Assembly: GCA_012295275.1 (NCBI GenBank)
Contig: CM022665.1
Location: 32,984,001 to 33,048,000 of the forward strand
DNA: 64,000 nt
Origin: Chrysomallon squamiferum
Lineage: Eukaryota > Animalia > Mollusca
Reading direction: 5' to 3'
The notes beneath the pieces were generated by a model. It saw only the letters and a program-made list of their open reading frames with translations. It was not told where the DNA came from and ran no database searches. The stretch's first letter is position 1. Every line of letters starts with the position of its first letter. Shown in pieces: positions 23,648 to 37,500 of the stretch. The position numbers and the translations under genes were made by a program.

Positions 23648-25978
23648 ACGATGAAATGTTAAAACCTGTTCTGCTACTACAAATCAATTGTTTAACTTCT
23701 AGATCATACAGAATCAAGTTACCAAGTGCACACAAAACGAGACGGGACCTGTTGAAAACAAATGAAAGAAATGTATAACAAGACATTTCTTCAGACCCAA
23801 ATAGCTATGTCAATGAGATAGATCATGGCAGTAAATACAATGTGAATAATCCACAACCAATTCTTCAAAACACAGACCCCCATACATCAACAAGGCTTCA
23901 ACTGACAACAGCATAAAAGCAACCTGTTGTGAAATCCACTTTTAACATTTTCTGACTTTATTCAGCAAGTTTTAATGTTAACTAGAGCAGTTACAGCAAT
24001 TAATAATTAGACTCATTTGTTTTCATTGTTTGAACTAATTTTAATTCTAAAAGGTTATTTTTGTTTTATGCTTTTATATATATATATATATTTTTATCAT
24101 TAACCAATGGTTAAATTATTAAATATTTTATGTTTGTAGTTTAAAATATTATTCACAGATTATTTATTTTATTTTATTCATTTTTATACTGTTATTTCTT
24201 TACCCGTGCAACTTGGAACCCCCATCTCCCCACCCATAATGCACAGTGATCAGGCTCTTTGAGGCTTTATATTGCCTACCCTAATTCGGACTGTTGTAAT
24301 AATTTCTAATACATGAGAATCGTATATAAAGTTATTAATTCATTAAAGAAAGTTTGTGTTCTTTGATTTTTGATATTATATATATATTATGAGAGTTCTG
24401 TCAATTACATTATAGAAGATAAACTTAATTTAGATTGTTAGAAATCTGACAAAGGCTAACGATAGTACTAGTACAGAAATTGGATATATATAAATGGAAA
24501 CCCCCATTTTCATCACTGCTAAAAACAACTGGCAAAAACAGAACAGCAAGATTAAATAATAATAATAATAATAATAAAATTTAATCATTAAAAAAAACAA
24601 AAAAAACGAAATTGTTTTAGAAAAACGCTTGCGCGCTTGACCGATAGGGGTACTTTCAAATTCAGGCAAAGTAACAAGAAGTGTTAATATTCAAACAAAT
24701 CAACCCATTTATCCGTCGATGTATGTGTCACTTTAAGTGACACATACACACCAATGAAAACACCAAAACAAAATCTAACATTGTTGGTTTCAGTATGCAA
24801 AGGGTTGCATCATTTGATAATTCAGCGGTGTCCCAAAAAACAAAAACTATATGTATAAAACTCAAGTGGACTGAAGGTGAAGACAACATCTGTAAAATGC
24901 TGAGCGTCATAGAGAGTATTAAAGCTACCAGCTTGATAAATTATCGAAAGCATTACTCACATTCCGAATTTTTCTTAGAGCCTAGATAGTATGCAGAAGT
25001 TTTCCCATTTGTACAAAAGTTAACAAATCGGGAAATAGTTAATATATTACAGACATGTCTCGATGCTAAGGACCGGAAGTGACAGAATGTGTGGTGTGTT
25101 ACCATGTATGCTAGTACATAAAGAATAAAACATTATTAGTTAATAATTAGTTAGGTTTTCGGAAACTGATGAAGGCAAATTTTATGATGTATTACTACTC
25201 TATTTTGTTTAATATTTTGCGTGCAGTGAATGGGTATACCCTGTTCCATTAATTTTTAACATATTATTATTATTATTATGTTTGTATTTTATGTGAATAA
25301 ATATCTTATTTTTAAAGCTAAAATGTCACATATTTTTTGCATTAATATTACTGTGTAAATTTATTAATTTAATCGATAGCTTTGAACTAAATGGATGTCA
25401 GCAAAGCTATGTGGCCTTGACGTAATTTGGTCACAAAATAAATATTGCTTAGCAACGGCATCACCAAACAGCGAAATATCCTACGATTTAGATTAAGTTC
25501 AAAACAATGTTTTGTGAGTACTGTATTTTTATAATGTTGTCCTTCGTCATCTTCATCTTTTAACACACCTACAACAAATTATAAAATTTTAAAAATGTTT
25601 TAGTTTCATGCGTATTTATTTATTTGTTCATATACATGTTTATTATTTTTCTAAAATTGTAGGTCCGTATTCAACTTTTAAATTAATATATTAAAATCAA
25701 TACTAAATATCAAACATCTTCTCTATTTTTAAAATTATTTATTTATTTATTTAATTATTTATGAAATATGTTCTATTAATATTATAAAGGGTTTCAGCCG
25801 ATTACAACTCTCTTTACCTCGATTCGTCACAGTAACATAGGAACACTCCCAACTATATGATTAGGTCGTTATCCAAATTTTGACATACATTTTTGGAGGG
25901 TGTTGCGGACACAAGAACATGGCGTATCTATATCAGACCCTGTTGTGCTTCTCGGGTTATATGAATGTGCAAAAAGAA

Positions 25979-26010
<32 letters not shown>

Positions 26011-27492
26011 TCAACGATATGAAATGTATGAAGTTTTTGCCGTTATTGCAGCTGCTATGTATTAATGCGCAGTAGAAATGTGCTGTCATAATACCAAAAT
26101 AATTGCACTGGATACTTCGTGCAATGACGTAGAGACTGATAATATATTTGTTTTATAAATAGAAGAAGAAAGCTTACTTCATTACTTAATTTTCTTTCAT
26201 TCAATCTTTCTTCCTTTATTATTATTTTTTTCTTTCTGCATTTTGTCCATGCTGGCTATTGAATGAATAGATTTTTGTCTTGGTGAGTTTTTTGTCCACT
26301 GGCTTATGACTGGCTACTGCTATAATGATGCATGAATAGAAAGGTGCACAAATGCAAATTAATATAAATTGCTTACATACGGATTACAGTTTGGTTGTTA
26401 TAGTTATATGAACATAATAAATATAGCTATATATTTTAGTTTATTTGACATAACCAGGTTATGTTTACAGTTTTAAGAAATGTATGCTTATTAACTGTTT
26501 TTATCTCTTAAAACCATTACTTTTCTGCTTCAGAATAATTAGCATCAAATCATGTTTCATTTCTTATTTTTTCATTTTATTTTCCTTTGAAATTAAATAA
26601 ATTTGATTAAAAGAAAAAGAATAAAAAGACACACACACAGGAAAATTAACTTAAATCATTTATTTTTTAAGTCTGTTGTGTTCAATGCATTTGCTATAAT
26701 CCAAAATGCATTGTTCTGTTGAATCTATTTCTCAAAAAAACAACAAAAAGTCATTAAATTGTCACAGCTATCATAGTTAACATAAAAAAAAAAAGATCTG
26801 TTATTACAATTGGTATAACGGTAAAAATAATTTGAAGCCAGTGAGAACACCTGGTGTGGGTATTTATTCAGATGTTACTTTTTAAACTCAACAAATAATT
26901 ATAACTTCTTTTTTCTTTCTTTTTTGTTGTTGTATTTGTTTTCCTCGCACATCAGCAAACAAAATAGCAATTTTTATCAAGCTAATTCATTTCAAAATGT
27001 CTTGATGAAACATTGCACACTTTTCTCCACACAGAAGGACCTTTTGAGCTCACTTAGTTTGCTTTAGTAAATTAAAAAAATGGTGCTTTTTATAAATTGG
27101 TAACAACCCTCTTTTAGAAAATATTGTACCTGTACCTTTGTTACTAGACATTATATGTAGGCATTTGAAATAATTACCATTGGTGAGCATTCACATAACA
27201 TTATTTTATTAGTTTTAATATTAGTAGTAGTAGTAATTGTAGAAGTATTTGTGGTAGTAGAAGTAGCAGCAGTAGTAGGTAAAATTTGTTGTAAATAAGT
27301 TATTATAATTGTTAAACGTTTTCAAAAGTTCACATAAATAATAATAATAATAATAATAAAATATTATACACATAAATGTATGTGATTATCTTGATATTGT
27401 CATTTGAAAGAACAGCTGAATACCTAGAATTAGAATATATAATTATGTCATATGATATAGTGCATTAGTTTAAAATACTTTTTGCTTACAGA

Positions 27493-27552
27493 ATGAAGGT
27501 ATCAACGGTTCTGGTTGTACTGGCAATGAGCCACTGTGTAACTTCCATAAAG
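27493..27552 (+). CDS. Secreted coiled-coil gene exon 1, signal peptide MKVSTVLVVLAMSHCVTSIK
   Basis: cag|aATG context; K, hydrophobic core, small residues; AAG|GTATGT donor. Confidence 0.75.
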
Positions 27553-28527
27553 GTATGTTTGGGTTGTTGTTAGAATAGTCAAAATTATTTTGTCACCTAA
27601 TGGGAAGGTAGTTTGACTAAACTAAGGAAAGTTTGATATTTATTATCACTCAACATGTATAAAAATAGTTTCATTTTGTTTATTTGCTTATGAGTTAAAA
27701 ATCAGACCTTTTAATTCATATGCAAATAAACAAAATGAAAATCAACTGAGTTATTCTCAATAAAACCATCATAATATATTTTATATTTTCTTAACATTCA
27801 TTATTATTCATGTTATGTAATCATTATATATATATATAAGGCAAAACGTATATGGTTTTAACTCCATGTGTACTGGGTTGACTATGAATAATGTCATAAC
27901 AAATATATACAGTGCCCCAAAAGTCACCTAAGCATTTTTGGTAACAGTAGTCAATCACTTAGGCTTTAGCTATTGAATTTTTGCATTAAGTTTGTTTTCA
28001 ACTGCTGAACTGTCTGGTTCACAAAATGTTGATACTACTCACTAGAACCATCAATGCACTGGTATCTTCAGTTTTAAAAAGGTCCTGTAATCCTTTCTGA
28101 CATTAAACTACTGTCCTTAACTTAAGGGGATGTACTATTCTGATTATTCACTTTGCTGGTGGTTTTCTGGCACTGAAGTGTCACCAATATTCTGTTTTGC
28201 ATGAAAATATCAGAGTCATTGCATTTGAAATATTTTTTTGATGATTTTTTTTTTCTTTATTCACACAAGAAATTTTCCATGTGTAATTTCCAAATGTTCA
28301 CCAATATTCTGAAAAGTGACAGTGAAATAAATTGTAAAAAAATCCAAACTTGCATTACATTTTTAAATCCCAGTGTGACTGTATGTATATTTTATCCTGC
28401 AGTCACTGCACATAGTGCAATGGCAAGATTTGATGTTAAGATAAATTTATATATTTTTGTGCACTGACCAAAACTGTAAATCTTAGGGATGAAAATATAT
28501 TTATTTCAGTAAATTATTTGTTATTCT

Positions 28528-28559
<32 letters not shown>

Positions 28560-31500
28560 TCAAGTCATTAATAAGCAAAATCTAATAAATAATTTAACCA
28601 TGCAGTAACAAATTTATTTTCAGTAATCTGATTTCTGTTTTTCACAGAAATAAATCTGAACAATAATGGTTATTCATAACAAAATAATAATAATTAAAAC
28701 AAAATTAATCAATTTTATACAGTTCTTAAGTGTCCTTTTCATACTTAAGAAATGTGTTAGAACATGAAATTATGATATTAAACTAATATTGCCTGTTAAA
28801 CTTTATAATGCTTGCATTGCAGTTTGTTGAGGAAGTGCATGCTTTGTTCAAAGATAAAGATTCTGGACCAAAACACATTTCAAGACCACCTATGGACATA
28901 TCACATGATGTCATGGGCAGTGAATCTGGTGTTGTATTTAGATACAAAGGTATGAAACATCTGTGGCGAGCTGCGGACACTATCTCAGTTTGTTACAAGC
29001 AGTGTCTACACGAACAGATTATCATTTGCGACTATTACTATTTGATTTCTGATAACAAGCAGTGTGTAATGTTGGAACAAAATTATCTAAATTGTAAGTA
29101 AAACAATTTTAATTATTTGAAAAGAACCAATTTAGAAAAGTAATGTATTTAATCAGGAAAAACATAGAATTTGAAAAGTAATTAATGGCCAGTTAATTTA
29201 TATTAAATATAGTAAAAGTGATGGATCCAAATAAGCTATTAAACAGTTCGAGCCAATTAACATTTTAAACATTTTTTTCTGTGACACATTTGATTGACTT
29301 TTAACAGTTTGTAATATTCGTGTCCAAAAATAAAAAGCTGGGCATGTGACCTGCAGTCATAATTTCTAGATTGATGGCTCTAGGTTCCCAATTATACAGC
29401 AAGTTAAAACAAATTTTTTTTTTTAATTTTCATATCTGATTTAAACCATACTGCAGATACAACAATGATCACTTTTGTTATTTTACTAAGTAAAATATTT
29501 TACAATGAAAAACCAAACTATTAAATCATTAATGAGTTATTTTCTGCCAGAGTTCTTTTTTCTCCTTTTGGCTATACACTGTATGTTTTGGTAATTTCTT
29601 TTCTTTAGTGTCAGAAAATTGCTTGGCCAAATATTTCTACCTGTTCACAGCACGCATTTTTTTTTAAAAGTTCACTTAAATAAATTACTTTAACATTATA
29701 AACAACACCCTGTCTCAGTGAGGCCCTGAAGCTTAGAAATGAATAACCATTGCTATCTTCTTCGGTGAGGTTGTTTTATGACAGATCACCACATATTTTT
29801 AAAAAAGAAGCAGAAAATGTAATTATTACATCTCAGATATGCAGCCCTGAAGCTTAAACTTCATTAATTTCACACCAGATCTTCTCCTGCCTTTTTGCCT
29901 GAACTGAATATCCCATTTACTCATCCTGTTAACATTCTGTAAAAGGATTTGTTTTACTGGGTTATATGGAACAAGTGGTGCTTTTCATTTTTATGGGACC
30001 AGTTTATGAATTATTTAAAGGAAATAAACATTTTGAACTAATGAGTTGTCTCATTTTATTTTCTCCTTGTCTTTACATCTCTGTCTTTCAGACTGACAAT
30101 GAATTCAGTCATTACATTAAACATACCACAATTAATAATTAATGATCGTAAACTGCATTTACTGACAGCTCAAGCCAGTGATCTTCTGATACCATCTGGC
30201 ATTTCATCGACTCAACACTCATTTCAGAACTTGTAGTCATTAGTATGGATGCCTTTTACAGAAGTCAGTGGAAACAAATGAAGTGTAAAGAAGGAATTAA
30301 ATTCATTTCCTGTTATATTTTCTAAAATGTAGAAATGAGAGTGAAATGTGAAAATGTATTTAATGCTGAATTACAAATGTCTGCTTTTTCAACAGAATTA
30401 TCATTTTCTTGAAAAGATTTTATATGATCAATTATTATGGATGTTCAAAGTGGGTTGAAGCATGTAGGTGGGGTGGGGTAGAAAGGAATAAAACACAGGC
30501 TATATTAGATAAATTATTAGAAACCACTGAGAACATGATCAAATTTGGTTAAGATTACAGATTGATGCCTGCCACTGTCAAGCATTAAACATGTGGATGC
30601 AGTCTCAACTATATGAAATTATAAGGCAAGATTTAAAAAATAAAAGACCTAAAAACTAAACACAGACCATGTAATAATATCTCCCAACTTTTCCTCAAAT
30701 AACGAATAATTAAAATTAAGTTTCAAATGAAAATTTACAATGATTTTCACTAATTTCTTGAAATCAGCTGCACATATGTACTCTTTATTTTTGTGAAATG
30801 AAATGCTGTATGGAAAATTATAAATATAATAATAATAATTTTGTCTGAATGGGTTATGTGATGGTAAGTTTATAATATGATACTATAACTCCAGTCTGTC
30901 AGTTTGATTATTTGTATATGGCGTATAAAACATCATGGCTGGGATTACATTCAAAGGCGACTCACTGATCATAAAAACCCACTATTTCTTTGTAATCTGT
31001 TCATTTGCCATGGGTTTCAGAGATATTTTAATCATTGTGACCATGTAAGCAAAACATTTTAAAATTATGATTTAAGTAAGCATTTAAAAATTAATATGAG
31101 TTTTTATAATTAATGTTTTCCAAGGCTGTGTTGAAAATTTTATTATATACAGCAAGTGTAACCCATTTATCATCAGTTCAAGATTGAAGTTTTTTGTTGT
31201 TTTTCTTTCGAGCTACATCATATTATACTGTATCATGATATTGTCATGGTTGTAACTAGAAATGAGGCAACAACACTTAATTGCTGAGCAGAGCAGGGCA
31301 AAAAAGATGAGCAAGGGGTCTGACTAGAAAGATGCAAAATCTTCAGTTCTAGCCACCTCCTGGCATCTTTTTCCCAGTTCAGTAATCATGACTGTTTATG
31401 ATTTTATTTTTGTATTTTCTACTTTACCAAGCACAAAAAATGCACTAAACTAACACCAGAAGAATAAAAAACAATCGCATTAATGTATCTGTTAACACTT

Positions 31501-34500
31501 AAGAAGAATTCTCTCTGATCCTGAGCCCAGCTAAATTTTGAGAGAAAATAAAATTTTATTGGTTTTTTTTTTTAATATCTTCAATTTTGGTGTGAGGCAT
31601 CTGCCTCGTTTACCTCAGTGAAGTCAGAGACATGACTGTGTATGTGTCTGTATTTTAAACATATTGTGACACCATTATTTCTGCAGAATAATGTGTTCAT
31701 GAATATTACCAAATATTCATTTTTAGTCATCAATAATATATGTGAAAATTTTAATTCATTTTAGTTAATATTTGTTCTCCACTGCTTGGAACTTACAACC
31801 CAGCTTCAAAACTTTGAAAAGTAATATTTCAAAATGGCTAACCTGCCACTGGCAGCTTTGAAAAGCAAATATTTCATTTTGTTTGATCATAACTCAATGA
31901 GAATAATATCATTTTAAAATTTATATTTTGTAGTTTTTAAATGCTTAAAAATCAGAAAATGCCAACTTATATAATAAAAGTATGATTTACTACAAATCTT
32001 ATTTTTTATCTTCACCTTTCACAGTATGTACAAATATCGTTTTAAAAACTTTATCAATAACAGTATAACTTTTTATCACCTTCCTGTAAAGGCTTCAAAG
32101 AGCAAACTGTAACTCTATTTCTTTGATGCCACAAAATTACATGTAAAGCATTATTTTTGCGTTTTACAAAATATACTTTGATTCAGTGATGAAATACTTT
32201 ATTTTGGTGTTCAGAGTAATAAGAAAAATCTTTTCTTATAATTTTTCATATCACATTATGTATCTGTAAATTCACTGAGATAATATTTTCAATCAGTTGA
32301 TGCAGTTTCCAAATTAGAAACACATACCAATTACAATTATTAAATGATAAAATAAGCATTTTAATTAATGTAATTATTTATGAATTTACTGAAGAAAGTA
32401 ATAACACAATTGTCTCATCTGATATTTAAAAAACATTAGTGTTTAAATTTATCATTCATTTAATATGAAATCAGATTATTTAATAAAAAAAATAGTGACA
32501 AATTTAAACAGTCTGCTAAGTTAATAGTTGTTTTAATTCATAAAAAGCACTTACATCATTTCAATTTATTTTTTCTTAAATATTATTCAGTATCATTCAG
32601 AGACTATTTTAAATAATTTTATGTTTGATTTAATATTTTATTTTTAACAAGAATGATTTATAAAAACAAATTTCAGCACATCTGGAAAAGAAAGTGCCAA
32701 GACTTATTGAAATTGTTACCACCAAGCCAGTTGCTCTAACAACCGACATTCCAAAAATAATGAAAAAGTCAGAGCTAGAAGAACTCCAAAATATGGTATG
32801 AATTCAAATAATTGTTAAAAAAAAAAAAATGATATATTCTAAGGTCTCCACAGTATATGATTTGTCAGACTGGTGATGAATGAACATTTGTTTATTAATA
32901 ATTATTATAATTTAGGGGTGGATTACTGAAGGAAAAAATCCTTTTAACATATTTTATGCAGTGGTCATGTAGTTTGGCCATAATGTATTTGGTATGAATC
33001 TTTCTGCTACTCATTTTTAAATGGGTAACATTTATTGACTTGAAAGATATTTCATTCTCAGAAAAATAATTTATCTAATCAAAATATTAATTTTAAAAAT
33101 TCATTAAATAAAATTGATATATGAAGTTTGGAAATACATATGAGTCATTCTCCCAGAAACCAAAGATTTCAGTATGTGTGTAGATATTAAATGTGATAAA
33201 AACAAAAGATACTATCAAAACCATTACGAAGCACATCATTTGTTCAGTTATATTTATTTTTTCAAAACTAATGTAACATTTTGTTCTATATCAGGTTAAC
33301 TGTAATGTTTCATTTCTGATAGTCACTACCATATTGATAATTAAATGTGAAATAAATAAAATTGTAATTCATATATTTTTTTTATTATTGTTATTAGTTT
33401 TTTCTGGTTTAGTCCAAATATAACTGTTGAATATATATTTAATATTTTTGTCATTAAAAAGCCAATAAAACTGTCCTTTGTCTTTTAATCATTTTGCTAA
33501 AAAGGACAACTTTTTATCACATAGTGAGATCAAGAAAATCCACTATGTGATAAAAAGTACATGCTGCCACAAATTTTAAGATGCAAAAATAATTTTTGTG
33601 TCACCATTTCTTTAATAAATACATCTCGTTAAAATCATATGACTTAGTTAGCATTTGCTTATTATGCATTATTGTAGAATGAGGACTTACATATATGAAA
33701 CTGACAACCATAAGAGTCATTTTCATTGGTTTTCTTCTTTTTTTTTTTTACATTAAAATCTTTTGTGTCATTACCATCACTGTTTTTACATTATTTTTCA
33801 CGCTTATTGATATTTTTATATATGTAAGTCTTTTCTGGAAAGGTATGAACAGTTAAACATTAAAATATAAATGGTTATTTCCGTATAGCTTTTCTGCAGG
33901 TGTTTTTTTATGAGTATGTCCATGTGCTCTTTGATATTATTAAATTGTTAATGCTATTCAGTAAATTTTTGATAAAAAATAATGGCAATAATACTATAAA
34001 AAGCATATGTAGGGAATATACAGATATATATACAACTATATGCACTACACATATAAAAATTACTATGTACATACATATACATACAAATACATACATACAT
34101 GATACTGCATCATACTAATATTACTGTCATAAGACTTAAGCCAAAAACAAATGTGTGAAAATTGTATCTAAATACAAACTGATATTAAAACCATTAATAT
34201 CTGTCACTCTGATGACCTATAATTCAACAAACGTCATTCACTAATCATCTGTGGCAATAATGTCATTTGTAAATTTTCATATGTGAACTGTTTTAACAAG
34301 CTTTCTTTTTCACTAAAACAAACTGATTAGATACTGTTTACAACTATTTGTTCATAATAAGGATAGTGTTGTTCAAACATTTCTTGTCTATAATCAATAA
34401 GCGTGAAAAATAATGTAAAAACAGTGATGGTAATGACACAAAAGATTTTAATGTAAAAAAAAAACAGAAGAAAACCAAAGAAAATGACTCTTATGGTTGT

Positions 34501-37500
34501 CAGTTTCATATTTATATACATAAATGACAAAATTGGTAAAAGTCTATGACAACTCCTTTTTTTTTTTGGTAATTGTTTTTGGGGTTGTTGTTTTTTTAGG
34601 ATTATAACAGATACTTATTAACAATACAGGAATTCTTTTATTTCTAGAAATTATATTCATATCATATACAAATATTAAAGTTTATCATGTACACTTTGGC
34701 ATGCCAAAAAAGGCTGAAATGAGAAATAGTAAAATGGGTTGCTCTATTTTCTGTTTTTGTAAAATGTCATTATAATAAATAAAATTATAATGAAATTTAG
34801 TTAAGAATGCTAAAATTGGTCTATTGAATTAGACTCTAAAAAGAAAATGAAAAAATAATTCAAAGGATTAAACACTAAACATTTTTACTGGTCCTCACAT
34901 CTAAAATAACAATGCAGTGGGAATGCAAAAGTGATATTGGTTTATGGAAACATACATTACATTGGTAGCAACTAGAATAAACCTTATGTATATTCTAATT
35001 AACATTATTTGTTATTATTTTTATATCCCAGATAAAAGACATTCAGAATAAATTCACTGCTGCAGTAAAATCTTGGCACCATGGCACAAAGGCTCATGGA
35101 CATCTAATTCAAGGTCTGAAACTCAAACAAAATGATGTAGAAAATTCTGTACATGTTTTATCAGATAAATTTCATAAACTTAAGACAATGAATGCTGGAG
35201 TGTTTAAAAAAATGTCTCACCTTGATGACAGTCAGAAATCTTTGGCTGGACAGGTTAAAAACATGATTACTTATCAACTCCACATTTCTAATACCTTGAA
35301 TAACTTGGATAAAAAAGTGTCCGGTATTAATGCAGAACTAAATGCCTTTAAACTAATGAAAGTGAAACTTACAAAATTACTGAATGGGGAGATAACAATT
35401 AATCCACGGTTTAACCAACAGATCATCGAACTGAAACAACAGATGTTAGATTTGATGTCAAGAGTTGAAGTAAGTATTCATTTTTAAAATATGCTCACAA
35501 TATGCAATTAAATACAAAATTTATAAACATTAAAGTGATGAAAGGGTCAGTCTGTGTCAGTTCACTCAAAGCATATAACTAAACTGTCTGATTCTGAAAC
35601 ATGACATCCATTGGTAAAAATGGACTTGGCCACCGATACTGAGACTCCAGTATTTCACCAACCAGTGGCTTCCTTTTTATAATGTTAATGGAAAAGGAAT
35701 TCCTTAATTAATCTAAATGTTGAATTGTGTTAACTATAAAATAATGTGTAAATGAAAGAGAATAGTTTGATTTTGAAATGGATATTGTTATTTCAGTATT
35801 GATATGTGAGGCATAATGCATTGGTGCATCATGTGTAACTGCTTCAAATATGCATACTTTGAATACTGTATAGGAAATATTTGGATGTGACTGATGCCGC
35901 CTACATACATTTAACAATATTTAACATGCACAAAGCAATGGATTTTTTTTTTTTTTTATGTTATTGCTGACATCCTGGGCTAAAGAATGGTGGCAATGTC
36001 CAATTTGATTTTAAAAAAACCCACATATTGGTTTGATGAATGAAAAATTTGTTATTTGGGTGTATGAAGCTAAAACAAACGTACTGGTTGGGTTCTAATT
36101 TTCTATTCCCTTGAGTGAAATCTCTGTTAATCACACTGACTTCAGAGTCACTCATTTAGTCACCAATTTCCTGAATCATAATAAAATACACCAGCAGTTA
36201 ATTATAAAACTGTATAATTTAAAACTAATGATAATTTTAGATGAACCCAACTCTGTTAAAACTCACCAAAAACCAGCGTATTCTGGCTGAAGCTCTTGAA
36301 ATAGTAGACCATGAAATTACAGAGAATGAAAAGCAGATTGCTGAAATTAATGAACATATCAGCAACTGGGACAAAAGTCTTATGTCTGAGATAGAACACA
36401 GGAAAACATTGAATGATGCATTGAAAACAATGAGTACAACTGTCAGGGATATCAGAATAGATATGGCAAATTTACGAGAAACACAGGTAGTACAAATATT
36501 TAAAATAGATTAAAAAATACATTAGAATTAATTAATAAAAGTAATTACTTTTAGAATAATAGTGATAACCTGTTCTAAGAATGGTAAGATGTGAAAATTT
36601 ACACTGTTGACCATTTCAGATTTTTCAAGTGCAATTATAAAATAGCTTGTTTTTCATCTAGACATCACTTGATGATTGTTAAAAGCTTCTGACTTTATTT
36701 TATTTTTATTTTCTCAAAGAATTTATTGATATGCATTAAAAATACTCATCCCCTGAAAAAGAAAAAGAATAATTTTTTATACTTGCACAAGTTCTTTATT
36801 TTATTTCTGTGAAGAAAGATTCTATAGTAATTATAATTTTTTTCTTTTAAAGATAGAGGAAAATAACAGAATGAAAGCAAAAATGAGGCAGATGAAATCT
36901 GGAATGGAAGATCTTGAACAGTCCAGTGCTGATTTAAGGGAAGAGGTGGCTCAGACTAAGTCAGACATGACTCATCTGGTGAAAGATCTTGTTAAAGTTC
37001 AGGCATCTGCACATGACAGTAAGAAGAGCATTTTAGATCTAGTAGAAACAAACAAAGATCTAGCACTTGATTACCATCAGCTCAAGTCTGACCAGGTATA
37101 TCATTTAACTGTTGGTTAATTTCACTGAAGCAACAGGACTTAATAATTTATGAATATTAAATATATTTATTAGTAAATTTAGCTATTTATTTTTTGTTAT
37201 TTTCTATTTGTATGCTGTAAAATTTTGTTGTCATCTAGATTACACTGAAATTTTCTTAAGTTATTTCCAGTACTGTTTACAGATATTTCCATAAACAGAA
37301 AATGTTGATCTTTCAGTTATTTAAGGTTGATGATAAAAAACTGGATGCATTCTCATAGAAGATTAACAGTAAAATGAAAATAACATTACAAAATTTAAAA
37401 GTAAATGTAGATGTGAATAAGCAAAACTAATTATGAACTAGGAATTCTGAATAAAAATGAGAAAAATACTGTCATCATGAACACAAGGGACATAGCTATT

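Larger units (their letters stand above)
17711..23916 (+). pseudogene. Decayed multi-exon sushi/CCP-domain extracellular protein gene
   Basis: Exon relics: 21202-21373 (VNCGKTIDVPGATVFSTCTSFMT/frameshift/ATYSCTDGYVHVNGFNTSECEEGGTLSNPRLNC, a full CCP pattern with W>L); 20102-20189 (NSGHMNVSGINTSTCETNGLWSDMSLDCT|GT); 19251-19356 (CIPPRIMKH...FG*...WRTVTVQCQ). Outer limits (17711 exon-like segment, 23795-23916 possible terminal exon) are tentative. Confidence 0.65.

Noticed and set aside
24795-25080. 64-aa ORF, minus-strand GTGAGT donor and CCGGAAGT ETS motif suggesting another gene start
   Set aside because: No recognisable protein and no compatible downstream exon found; a non-coding exon cannot be excluded.
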